64,000 nucleotides of DNA from a virus, in the IMG/VR virus record IMGVR_UViG_3300026320_000001, positions 1 through 64,000 of that record; one strand, given 5' to 3'. The notes beneath the pieces are model-generated. The model saw only the letters and a list, made by a program, of their open reading frames with translations. It ran no database searches and was not told the DNA's origin. Shown in pieces: positions 12,353-22,567 of this stretch (position 1 is its first letter; each line of letters starts with the position of its first letter). Position numbers and translations under genes: made by a program.

Positions 12353-13806
12353 ATAAATATTCAGGAGAAAAATATGGTTCTTTCTACAATATAAAAAAGA
12401 AAGGGATTATCCTTCAAAACCTTTTGAGGTCAAACAATTTTTTGATTTTGAAAAAATGAAAGAATATTCTGCTAATCAAGCTCATCTTTATAAAAATTCA
12501 AAAGACCCTTATTATTCAGAATATATTTCCACTTATTGTAAATCTGAAATTTAAAAATAGGAGAAAAAAAATGAAAATTCAAATTGTAAATTCTACTAAT
12601 ACAAATTATATTGAAATTGGAACTACAGATGGATATTATGCAAAACCCGTTCCTCGTGTTGGAGAAAGAATAAATTTAGGTTATCTTCCTGTGCCACAAG
12701 TGGATTCTGTTGTATATGATTATGAAAATAAAATTGTTTATGTTCATATTGATTCCCCATTTTTAAAAGAATAATAAAATGACTGAAGAAAACCCACAAC
12801 CACAAATTATTAATAAAATTAACGTTTCATTATGGAAACCTTTATGGATTGCTGGATATATGTTTACGGTATCTTATCTTCCCATTGACCCATCATTTCA
12901 CATCCTTGTTTGGTGGAAACAAATAGTTTATATTTTTATAGAAATTATTTTATGGCCCGCGATTCTTGGTGGGCATTTGTCTGGAAAATGGTAATTGATA
13001 ATGGATAATAAAATGAAACATAGAAGGAATATTTTATGAATAAAAATTGGTCTAAAAAAATTCCACAAGAAATAGGATTATATTTTTTCATTGGCGACCC
13101 ATTTGTTTTTCATGAACATATTGAACGTGGAGATATATTAGAAAGTAATTTATATGTTTGTCGTGTTCGTAAAACCTCAAATGGTTTTTCATATATTTTC
13201 GATGGTAATTTTGGAGAAAATAAAATTGGGTTATGGAAAAAAATTGATTTAGAAAGCTTTGATATTCCTGATGGTGTAAATTGGAGAATTTAATGGATAA
13301 AACATATCGAATTGAATTTTCAACTAGGCAATTAATTGGCATTACATTATATGAATTGATTTGTCAAGGTTGGATGCCAGATAAAGATTATATTGTTTCA
13401 AAAGGAAATATGTTGCTCGGTGCTTATCCTGAAGTCGTTTCTGTAGTTGAACATCTATTCGGAGATATGCCAAAGCCTATTGGTCAATATATGAAATATT
13501 ATGAAGAGGCTTATTAATAAAATACTTCTTTTATAGAGGTTTTATGTTTGAAAAAAGTGAATTTAAACTTGGAGAATATAGATATTATGTTGATTGCAGA
13601 ATTGGTTGTTGTGCTATAATTGATACAAAATTACCAATGACCCAAAATGGAAGACTATTTCCAGAAAATAAAAATGTTGTAAAATATTGGGAAGGTTTAT
13701 GGGATGATAATAAAGAAATATGGTATCTTCCTGTTTCGATTGAAAATGAAGCTATGGAATTATGTAAAAAAATGAACACAGAATTCAAAAAAACAGGAGA
13801 ACAATA

Positions 13807-14070
13807 ATGTTTGATGACAATGATGAATTTGAAGATGGATATTTCGATGACGATAATGAAAACGATTTAGAAGGTTATGAAATTGAAGGTGATGATTTGG
13901 TAGATTATGAATTAATGGATGATAAAATCTCTTTAGAAACTGAAGAAATTGAAGAAGATGATGAATTATTTTCTATTCCCTGCTCAGTATGTGGTGAAAT
14001 AATTGATATGCGAGAAGCTAAATATGTAGATGGTGAAGCACAACATATGAATGGATGCAACAATGGATAA
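13807..14070 (+). CDS. Highly acidic small protein with C-terminal CxxC...HxxxC motif
   Basis: N-terminal two thirds dominated by D/E; CSVC and HMNGC. Confidence 0.6.
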   Translation: MFDDNDEFEDGYFDDDNENDLEGYEIEGDDLVDYELMDDKISLETEEIEEDDELFSIPCSVCGEIIDMREAKYVDGEAQHMNGCNNG

Positions 14071-14309
14071 AATTTATATTGCTGTTTTTGCTGGAAAATA
14101 TTTGGAACGTTATAATAAAATTTCTAATATTGGACTACAATCTTATATTAGAATTCAACCTGAAATTGAAAAAAGTATTGCTATTGAAGATATTGATGAG
14201 GTTTTGAATTTATTAGTTGATGCCGGATTTATTGAACAAGTTGATGCATTAGGGGATGGAATGGCAACCTATAAAAGATTTATTCCAAAACAAAGACATC
14301 ATTAAAACC

Positions 14310-14338
14310 TTGACATTTTTAGGATAATGTGGTATGCT
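14310..14338 (+). promoter_or_regulatory. sigma70-type promoter for the membrane-protein module
   Basis: TTGACA-17bp-TATGCT with extended TG. Confidence 0.65.
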
Positions 14339-14958
14339 ACAATTCTCTGGCAGAAATGTCAGAGATTATACCGTTAAAATGGGTGGAGAAAGGCAGTTTT
14401 ATGTCACCAGATGGTGTTACTCATGTAAAAATATGGAAAACATTTTTTCCTCTCACATTGATTGTAGCTCTAGGCATAGGATTGCTTTGGAGTTGGTATA
14501 TAGCAATGTTCGTTATAATAGGATGGGGATTTCATGGATTTGGAATAGACCCGGATTTAGACCTGAGTGGTTTTAATAGGTCTGAGGCTTTATGGAGTAA
14601 ATTAATTATAACTATTCCATTGATAGGTTGGTCAACATTTTATGCAAGAATATTTCAAAAATGGGGAGGACATCGAAGCATATGGACTCATGGTTTTATT
14701 ATTTCTACTTTTATAAGATTAATGTTTTTTGGACTTCCTTTTTTATGGTGGTTTCGTCAACATTGGATTGATGATTTAACTAGAGAATTTTTTGGTATGT
14801 ACATAGGAATGTCCATATCAGATAATTTACATATAATTGCAGATATGATTACTGGTGAAATGAATTTTTTTAGTAGAATTGGTGGAAAAAATATTTTTTT
14901 GAAAAGAATAATGAAGATTTGGTTCGATTACCCTCCAACAAAAAAGAATGATTATTAA
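14329..14958 (+). CDS. Membrane metal-binding protein (DUF2227/YdjM-like); true start probably ATG 14401
   Basis: GVTH, PDLDL, HRSIWTH and HIIAD motifs plus TM segments. Confidence 0.7.
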   Translation: MVCYNSLAEMSEIIPLKWVEKGSFMSPDGVTHVKIWKTFFPLTLIVALGIGLLWSWYIAMFVIIGWGFHGFGIDPDLDLSGFNRSEALWSKLIITIPLIGWSTFYARIFQKWGGHRSIWTHGFIISTFIRLMFFGLPFLWWFRQHWIDDLTREFFGMYIGMSISDNLHIIADMITGEMNFFSRIGGKNIFLKRIMKIWFDYPPTKKNDY

Positions 14959-14984
14959 AAATAAATTTATAAGGATAATAAATA

Positions 14985-15875
14985 ATGAATCAAAATTTTG
15001 GAAACAATAAACAAAACATGTCCGTAAGTGAAAAAATTGAACAAGATAAAGTTATAAAAAAAATAAAAGATGATAAGGGTTTGATTGGTGATTTTAAACG
15101 TTTTCCTTTATTATATCTTTCTTTAGGTGTAGCTGGAATTTTAACATTTTTTGATGCTGTATGGATTGCATGGACAGCAACAGCACCAGTATCAAACACA
15201 ATTGTAAGGCTTTTATTGGTTTCAGGATTAGGAAGTTTGATTGGCACAGGATTTGTTTCGTTTGGGGAATTCGCTACAGCAAATTGGGAGCGCAAATTTT
15301 TTCACAGAGAAAAAGATAATAAAACTCAATATTTTGTTTCAATTTCAATGTTAGTTCTTAGTGGAATTTTTTCTGCTGTAACAGCCTATGCTTCAACAAA
15401 TATTTTGGCAGTTATTTTTGGTGTTTTCTCAGAACATTTACAAATTCCTGATTGGGCGCAAAATTGGCTTATTGGATATGTGCCTCTCGCAATTTTTGCG
15501 AATGTAATTTCAACTTTTGTTTATAGAAATAAAAGTAGAAGTTCTGAAATTAGAAGACAATTAAGCATGATAGAAATGGAAAAAACAGCCGATGCCGATG
15601 AAAGAATTTTAAAAGCTGAAATGAATGCAAGAGCTAGCATAGCAGAACATCAAGCATTAGCATTTGAACAAGAAATGGAAGAAAGAGCTAAACATATTGG
15701 TAGAACTATGGGTGTTCATAGAGCAAAAGAAGCATCTAAAGGATTTGACTTTCCTCAACAAAATGAATCTTCTGAGCAAGAAAAAGTTTATCCAATAAAT
15801 ACAGAAGATTCTAAATTAAAATTAAACGAAATAAAAGAGGATTCAAAAAGAAGTCCAAATTTTCCGAACAGCTAA
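14985..15875 (+). CDS. Multi-pass membrane protein with C-terminal coiled coil
   Basis: About four hydrophobic segments followed by an A/E/R-rich helical tail. Confidence 0.65.
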   Translation: MNQNFGNNKQNMSVSEKIEQDKVIKKIKDDKGLIGDFKRFPLLYLSLGVAGILTFFDAVWIAWTATAPVSNTIVRLLLVSGLGSLIGTGFVSFGEFATANWERKFFHREKDNKTQYFVSISMLVLSGIFSAVTAYASTNILAVIFGVFSEHLQIPDWAQNWLIGYVPLAIFANVISTFVYRNKSRSSEIRRQLSMIEMEKTADADERILKAEMNARASIAEHQALAFEQEMEERAKHIGRTMGVHRAKEASKGFDFPQQNESSEQEKVYPINTEDSKLKLNEIKEDSKRSPNFPNS

Positions 15876-15907
15876 CACAAAAAGATATAACGTTTGACAA
15901 TGAAAAT

Positions 15908-16162
15908 GTGTTAGCGTTATTTATGGACGCTTTCAAAGAAAAACATTTAATTCCTGAAAAATCTAATTTTATAGAAATAAAATCAACAAAAAAGAAAATT
16001 GGTGATAGATTAGAATGGCGAAAAAACAAAAAAGGTGATTTAATAGGAGTTTGTTGGAGAAAAAGAAATTCAGAAAGAAAGGCTACTAGATACGTTGGAA
16101 AAAGAAAATCCCCAATTGATTTTCAACGTTTTCAAAAGGTGTATAATGAAAAAAATAGATGA
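15908..16162 (+). CDS. Small basic protein, possibly nucleic-acid binding
   Basis: K/R-rich, RLEWRK...WRKR...RYVGKR. Confidence 0.4.
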   Translation: MLALFMDAFKEKHLIPEKSNFIEIKSTKKKIGDRLEWRKNKKGDLIGVCWRKRNSERKATRYVGKRKSPIDFQRFQKVYNEKNR

Positions 16163-16244
16163 AGATAATATCGAATTGGAGGTTGAAGTGCCAGAAACAG
16201 ACCAGATGTTATTTACGGCACTATTTTCTCCTGCCGAAGAACTG

Positions 16245-16809
16245 TTGGCAAGAGGGAGAATGAAAATAGTAACCATTGGCGATAATATTGTTGGAATGGT
16301 TATTCTTAATGCCAAATATGATGAATCTGTTGGCTTTGTTGACCTTCTAAACAAAGATAAAAAAACTGTTGGCAATGAGTTGGTAGAAAAAAATCAAATA
16401 AATGCCAATGAAAGAAGTCAAATATGATGAATAAAAAAGTTATTTTATGTTTATTTTTAGTGTTGGCAATAGTGTTGGCATGTCAAGTACCAGATATTAG
16501 CCTAAATAATACTGCCAATGGTCAAAACAATGGTCAAAATATTGCCAAAACAACCCCTGAAATCATTGGCAACCCATTTAATCTAAGTGTTGGCAATGCC
16601 ACAGTCCGGGCTTTTCCCGTTGGCCTAAATATAAGAGATGATGCTAGTGCCAATGCTACAGTGTTGGCAACTGCACCAGATAATTCAACCGTAAAAATTA
16701 CTGGAATTTTAGCCAATGGTTGGGTTTCTCTTTGTTGGCAAAAAATTTGCGGATTTGCCAATGCTAGGTATCTTAGCCAATAGATTGAAAAAGAGATAAC
16801 TAAAGCCAA
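16245..16809. repeat. Dense cluster of 20 TTGGC/GCCAA motifs in both orientations
   Basis: 11 TTGGC and 9 GCCAA counted by hand in 565 bp. Confidence 0.85.
16424..16783 (+). CDS. Lipoprotein with bacterial SH3 domain
   Basis: Signal peptide with VLAC lipobox; GLNIR...GWV...GFANARYL SH3b pattern. Confidence 0.75.
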   Translation: MMNKKVILCLFLVLAIVLACQVPDISLNNTANGQNNGQNIAKTTPEIIGNPFNLSVGNATVRAFPVGLNIRDDASANATVLATAPDNSTVKITGILANGWVSLCWQKICGFANARYLSQ

Positions 16810-16824
16810 TAGTTATCTCTTTTT
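16788..16824 (+). terminator. Intrinsic terminator
   Basis: AAAAAGAGATAACTA / TAGTTATCTCTTTTT inverted repeat after the SH3 gene. Confidence 0.75.
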
Positions 16825-16833
16825 ATTTTAACC

Positions 16834-16862
16834 TTGACATTTAGGTTTTAATGTGGTAATAT
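16834..16862 (+). promoter_or_regulatory. sigma70-type promoter
   Basis: TTGACA-17bp-TAATAT with extended TG. Confidence 0.7.
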
Positions 16863-16886
16863 TGTTGAAAATTTGAAAAGAGGTAA

Positions 16887-17303
16887 TTGTCAATGACCAA
16901 TATTTCCACCATAAGAAGTTTAAAATCACAATCAAAAAATTGTTATTATTGTGGATATTATATTGTATTCAAAGAAGATTTGACCGTTGACCATAAACTT
17001 CCTATTTCTAAAGGTGGAAAAACAAATAGAAAAAATTTAGTAGTTTGCTGTAAAGGCTGTAATGAAGAAAAAGGTTCAATGACAGAAATTGAATTCTTCA
17101 ATTATATGAAATATAAAGAAAATTTAAAATATAAATATGATTACGATGAATTGACAAATCAAATGCTAAAAATTAAAGATATTTTTAAAATTATTGGACG
17201 CGGTTCATTCAAATTGATTGACAGTGAATCTGGAATTCATCTTCATAGAAAAATTAGAGCGATAAAGATTGTGAGAAAATTTTATGCACTTCAAATGTAT
17301 TAA
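16887..17303 (+). CDS. HNH endonuclease
   Basis: CYYCG...TVDHKLPISKGG...NLVVCCKGCNEEKG. Confidence 0.88.
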   Translation: MSMTNISTIRSLKSQSKNCYYCGYYIVFKEDLTVDHKLPISKGGKTNRKNLVVCCKGCNEEKGSMTEIEFFNYMKYKENLKYKYDYDELTNQMLKIKDIFKIIGRGSFKLIDSESGIHLHRKIRAIKIVRKFYALQMY

Positions 17304-17443
17304 TAATTCAGAACGTGAAGATATATTAACCTTGAATAAAATATATTTAGGATATTTTGATGACCAAAATATTGATTCAATTTATATTGATGAATGTGAT
17401 AATGGTATTCGTGGATACTTTAGTTTAAATAGATTTGAGGTGA

Positions 17444-17893
17444 TTGATGAAGAATAAAATACTTGTTTTATCAAGAAAAGTTGCTGAAGGTTATGATTGG
17501 TATGGTAGAGATATTGCAATCATATCTGTAACAGACCCAAATCAACCATCGGCTAAATTAAATTATTTTGAGGATAAGATTCTAAGACTTCAATTTCATG
17601 ATGTAGACAAAGATATGAAAATGTGGACTCCAAATGGAACTGTACGCATATTTACAATAAATGATAGTCAAGTAAAAGATATTGTTCAATTTGTTGATAA
17701 ATATTTTTATAATGTTGATGAATTTGTTATTCACTGTGAAGCTGGAATATCGAGGAGTGCAGGAATAGCCGCCGCCATTGCAAAATATATTTATCTTGAT
17801 GATACAGAATATTTCAAGAAGTATATTCCAAATAGAACTGTTCACCGTTTAGTATTGAATGAATTTTATAAGCTAAAAGAAACGATAATTTAG
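17444..17893 (+). CDS. Cys-based protein tyrosine/dual-specificity phosphatase
   Basis: HCEAGISRS (CX5R) P-loop; FHD general-acid loop. Confidence 0.85.
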   Translation: MMKNKILVLSRKVAEGYDWYGRDIAIISVTDPNQPSAKLNYFEDKILRLQFHDVDKDMKMWTPNGTVRIFTINDSQVKDIVQFVDKYFYNVDEFVIHCEAGISRSAGIAAAIAKYIYLDDTEYFKKYIPNRTVHRLVLNEFYKLKETII

Positions 17894-17897
17894 GAGA

Positions 17898-18995
17898 ATG
17901 AAAATGACCGATAGGCCAATGGCAACACTTAGAACTGTAAATAATAAATATCCTATTCCTGAAAAGGATAGGATTGAATTGATTCAGGTAGATGGATGGC
18001 AAGTAATTTCAAAAAAGGATGAATTTGAAATTGGTGATATGTGCATATATGCTGAACCAGATTCTATTTTTCCTGAAATACCAGATTTTGAATTTCTTCG
18101 TCCTAAAAAATTTCGTATTAAAACTATGAAGATGGCTGGAGTTATTAGTCAAGGCATTGTTTTTCCATTATCAATTCTCCCCCTCCGCAACAAGAAATAT
18201 GTTCTTGGCGAAGATGTTACGGAATTGATTGGTATCACAAAATATAAAAGTGAACCAGATAATTCAATTCCACAACCAACATGGATGAAAAATCCAATTG
18301 TTAAAAAACTTTTGAGATATAAAATTTTTAGAACAATTCTTTTGCCAAATAAAGAATATAAAGGATTTCCAAAATTCATTTCTAAAACAGATGAAGAAAA
18401 TGTTCAAAATTTACCATATTTATTTTCTGAAGAATTTAAAAACGTTCCATTTGCTGTTCGTGAAAAAATAGAAGGTCAATCAGGAACGTGGTTTCTTCAA
18501 AGAAAAAAGAATTGGTTTGGAAAAGAAATTTTTGAATTTGGAGTTTGTTCAAGAAATATTCGTAAATTCAAAAAAGATAATTCATCATTTTGGAAAGTTG
18601 CCATAAAATATAATATTGAAAATATTCTAAAAGAATTAATTGGTGATAAAAATGAATGGATTGCCATTCAGGGTGAATGTGTTGGCCCCGGCATTCAAGG
18701 CAATATCTATAAATTAAATGATGTTGATGTTTATATGTTTAATTATATAGAACCAAAAGGAAAAATGGATGATAAAATAGCTGAAGTTGTTATGAATTCA
18801 TATAGCATTAGATGGTGTCCTTTAATTGATAATGAATATTATCTTCCATCAACAGCAAATGATGTTCTTGAATATTCAAATGGTACATCGCTTTTATATA
18901 ATACTGACCGTGAAGGATTGGTATTTCGCAATTACGAAAAAAATATTAGCTTCAAAGCACGTTCACCTAAATATTTATTAAAATCTGATACATAG
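17898..18995 (+). CDS. ATP-dependent RNA ligase, Rnl2/DRB0094-like
   Basis: N-terminal OB-like domain (DRIEL, EPDS, ISQG), KTDEE, EKIEG adenylation motif, QGE, REGLVFR, SFKA. Confidence 0.85.
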   Translation: MKMTDRPMATLRTVNNKYPIPEKDRIELIQVDGWQVISKKDEFEIGDMCIYAEPDSIFPEIPDFEFLRPKKFRIKTMKMAGVISQGIVFPLSILPLRNKKYVLGEDVTELIGITKYKSEPDNSIPQPTWMKNPIVKKLLRYKIFRTILLPNKEYKGFPKFISKTDEENVQNLPYLFSEEFKNVPFAVREKIEGQSGTWFLQRKKNWFGKEIFEFGVCSRNIRKFKKDNSSFWKVAIKYNIENILKELIGDKNEWIAIQGECVGPGIQGNIYKLNDVDVYMFNYIEPKGKMDDKIAEVVMNSYSIRWCPLIDNEYYLPSTANDVLEYSNGTSLLYNTDREGLVFRNYEKNISFKARSPKYLLKSDT

Positions 18996-19830
18996 GATAA
19001 AAAAATGGAAACTTTTATAATTGATAGAAATACTTGGTTACGAGGACAATTCAATAGCATGTTGTTTCGTGCTAAAGATGGGAAAATGTGTTGTCTTGGG
19101 CAAATTGGATTACAATGTGGCTTAAATGAAAAAGATATGTCTAATAAAATAAGTCCTACTAATGCAATAGAACATTTAATAGAATTTCATAATGTCAATC
19201 CATTTTTTATATCATTGATGAATAAAAATTATTTTCTTAGCATGAAAGCAATGGGAATAAATGATAATATATATACCAATGATAAATATAAAGAAATACA
19301 ATTAAAATCATTATTTGCAAAATATGATGTTGAATTAAAATTTATAAATTAAAAAGGAAAAATAAAAAATGAATAAGAAAAATAATACAAATTTTGTACA
19401 AGTTGAAGGAAATGTAAATAAGGCAATTCAAGGAAATATTACGACTACAACTACTTGGCCTCCTGTTACTGGTCAAGTTTGGCCTATGGATATTTCAGGA
19501 ATTAGTAATCAACCAGAAGTTGCAGACCAAATTAAACAAGTTATTATAAATGATAGGACTGTAATTATCAACTGGAAAGATGGAACAAAAAGTCGTTCTA
19601 CCTGTGATGTTGAAGATATTTTTAATCCAGAATTAGGATTTGCAATTGCTGTAATTAAAAAATTAATTGGTAAAAAACGTTATACTGGTTTTGTTGAAAA
19701 AGCTTTGCGCCAACAAAAAAATCGTATTAGAAAAATTGGTCGTTCTGCATTAAAATCGCTTGCTAATGATACATCAGAAGAATTTAATATAACAATATCC
19801 CTTCTTCCATAGCAACTATCAGGAAAATAA

Positions 19831-20307
19831 ATGACAATCATTCATAAATCAGGAAATATTTTAGATGCAACAGAAAACATAATTATTCACCAAGTAAATT
19901 GTGAAGGTGTAATGGGTGCGGGTTTAGCAAAACAATTAAGAAATAAATGGCCTATAATATATACAGAATATAAAAAATTATGTGATGAAAATCGTATAAA
20001 ATTTATGTTGCTCGGAAAAGTTCAATATATTAAAGTTGATGAAAAAAAATATGTTGCAAATATGTTTTCACAATTAGGAATTGGAACTGACAAAATTCAA
20101 ACAATTTATTCTGATATGAAAAAAGGTCTTAAACGTATTGAACAAGGAGCAAGATTTGATGGTCTTTCAATAGCTCTCCCTTTTCAACTAGGATGTAATC
20201 GTGCTGGTGGAGATTGGGATGGCGTAGTATATCCAATGATTCAAGAAATTTTTAATATATCAGATGTGGATGTTGCAATTTATACATATGAATCAGAGGT
20301 CAAATGA
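19831..20307 (+). CDS. Macrodomain ADP-ribose hydrolase
   Basis: GNIL...HQVNCEGVMGAGLA...LGCNRAGGDW. Confidence 0.88.
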   Translation: MTIIHKSGNILDATENIIIHQVNCEGVMGAGLAKQLRNKWPIIYTEYKKLCDENRIKFMLLGKVQYIKVDEKKYVANMFSQLGIGTDKIQTIYSDMKKGLKRIEQGARFDGLSIALPFQLGCNRAGGDWDGVVYPMIQEIFNISDVDVAIYTYESEVK

Positions 20308-20732
20308 CAATTGCTATAACAAATAAACAACATACATATATAAAAATAGTTCAATTTATGCAAGCAGACTCTAACAAAGAAATGTATAATAAATTAAATC
20401 TATTAATTGATATAATAAAAGTAGACGCAGATTTATCTCCATCGTCTGCCAGCCTTGATGTTTTTGGATTTAATTTATTTATATTCTCTTATGAACAATA
20501 TATTAAATTGTGTGAGGAATTGGATAATGACCCAAGATATTATTCAAAAAGTCACATTAGAAATTGAAAATCTGAAATCTAAAAATAAAAAATATTGGTA
20601 TGATTTCAATGTAAATAAACAAGATTCTAAAAAATTAAAAGAATATTTTGAAAACATTGGATATAAAGTTGAATTGAAAGAATGTCGGGCTTGTAAATTA
20701 TTTGATATTATTATTGAATTTTAGGAGTAATT

Positions 20733-21257
20733 ATGTATGTCGTACTCGACCTAGAAACAGGTTCTTTAAATCCAAATACCGGAGCAATTTGTTCAATAGC
20801 TTGTCTTGCTCTTGATGAAGATTTGAATGAAACTCATCGTTATTACACACTGGTGAATGAACCCGGCAAACTCGTAGAAGATGCCGCTCTTGCTATAAAT
20901 AAATTGACAAGAGAAGAAATTTCAAAAGGAAAACCTATTGAAAAAGTATTATCTGACTTGAAAATAATTATGAGAAATAGAATACCGATTGCTCACAATG
21001 GAAGGTTTGATTTTGGATTTCTTGCCGCAAGAGGATTTGAATTTGATGTTGCAATTGATACTTTAATGATTGCTAAAAAACTTTTTCCAAAACAAAAAAA
21101 TAATTTAACAGAACTTTGCCAAAGATTAAATATACAAGTTGAAAATACTCATAACTCATTAGGTGACTGTTTATTAACTGCTGAAGCACTTAGAAAAATG
21201 TCAAAGACTCAATGGCTGAACGCATTAGAACCTAGACCGATAGGAAAGAAAATATAA
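20733..21257 (+). CDS. DEDDh 3'-5' exonuclease (DnaQ-like)
   Basis: LDLETG, AHNGRFD, HNSLGD motifs. Confidence 0.88.
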   Translation: MYVVLDLETGSLNPNTGAICSIACLALDEDLNETHRYYTLVNEPGKLVEDAALAINKLTREEISKGKPIEKVLSDLKIIMRNRIPIAHNGRFDFGFLAARGFEFDVAIDTLMIAKKLFPKQKNNLTELCQRLNIQVENTHNSLGDCLLTAEALRKMSKTQWLNALEPRPIGKKI

Positions 21258-22567
21258 TGGATTATCTTTTTCTGACTGGAATATTTGCCGCAATAGCAAC
21301 ATTATGGAATCAAATAAAAAATATATTAATTCAATTAAGAAGTATTTTTATTGTAACTATGCTTATACAATATGATGGTGCAAAAAGTGTTGGTTTATAT
21401 CTTTCTGAAAATGCAAAAATGTATGGTTTAGGTTTAAAACAATATACAACGCATAGTTTTATAATAAAATCAGTTGGAGAATTTAGAACAATACCATTTG
21501 AACTTGTTGGAAAAAATGGAACTATTTTTATTCTTGATAAAAAACCGTTGTTTGTTACTCGTGGCACAGACAACCAGCAGGGTACTGATAAATCCGATAC
21601 TGTTACTCAAGATTTAATATCATTAAAAATATCTTTTATTCGTGGACATTTTAATGCTGATGAAATTATGAAAAAATCAGCAGAATTTATGGATAAAAAA
21701 AATAGAAGTAATGGAAATAATAACAGAAGATTTGTCAGAAGAGTTTTTGGAATTAGTCAAAAACGTGCAATGATGTCAAAAGATTCTAATTCTGGTGAAT
21801 CTCCTGCAATTGCGTCAAGTAAAGGTTGGGATATTTCTGCAACATATGGAACTCGTATAATAGGATATAATTTTGAAGATATTGGTTCTGTGATGCCTTA
21901 TTTTGGAATCAAAGATATGTTTCTTTCTGATGATGCAGAAAATGCTATTCAAGAAATTAGACATTGGTTTAATAGTAAACAATGGTATAAAGAACATGGT
22001 ATTTCTTGGAAACGTGGATGGTTATTGCATGGTCAACCCGGAAATGGAAAAACAGTATTGGGAAGAGTTTTATCTGACGAATTAAATATGCCAATATTTT
22101 CATATGACCTTTCAAGTTTGAGTAATGATGAAATGGAATCTGGTTGGAGAGATATGATGTCTCATACACCATGCATTGCTATCATAGAAGATATTGATTC
22201 GGTATTTGATAAAAGGAAAAATTTAACTGGTGATTTAACTTTTGATTGTTTGCTTAATTGTATTGATGGAGTTGAACGTAGTGATGGAGTTTTTCTAATT
22301 ATTACAACAAATTATTTGGAAAAAATTGATTCTGCATTAGCTCAAATTGATAATGGAAAAGCTACTCGTCCATCAAGAATAGATAGAGTTATAGAAATGA
22401 CAAATCCAGATAAGAATGGGTTATATAAAATTGCAAATAGAATTTTAAAAGAATATCCTGATATGATTAATAATGTTGTTATAGATGGATATAATGATAC
22501 TGGCGCACAATTTCAAGAACGATGTGTAAAATTTGCATTAGATAGATTTTGGAAGGAAAAACAATAA
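21257..22567 (+). CDS. BCS1-like AAA+ ATPase with N-terminal membrane anchor
   Basis: WYKEHGISWKRGWLLHGQPGNGKT, IIEDID, LLNCIDGV, TTN, RPSRID. Confidence 0.82.
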   Translation: MDYLFLTGIFAAIATLWNQIKNILIQLRSIFIVTMLIQYDGAKSVGLYLSENAKMYGLGLKQYTTHSFIIKSVGEFRTIPFELVGKNGTIFILDKKPLFVTRGTDNQQGTDKSDTVTQDLISLKISFIRGHFNADEIMKKSAEFMDKKNRSNGNNNRRFVRRVFGISQKRAMMSKDSNSGESPAIASSKGWDISATYGTRIIGYNFEDIGSVMPYFGIKDMFLSDDAENAIQEIRHWFNSKQWYKEHGISWKRGWLLHGQPGNGKTVLGRVLSDELNMPIFSYDLSSLSNDEMESGWRDMMSHTPCIAIIEDIDSVFDKRKNLTGDLTFDCLLNCIDGVERSDGVFLIITTNYLEKIDSALAQIDNGKATRPSRIDRVIEMTNPDKNGLYKIANRILKEYPDMINNVVIDGYNDTGAQFQERCVKFALDRFWKEKQ

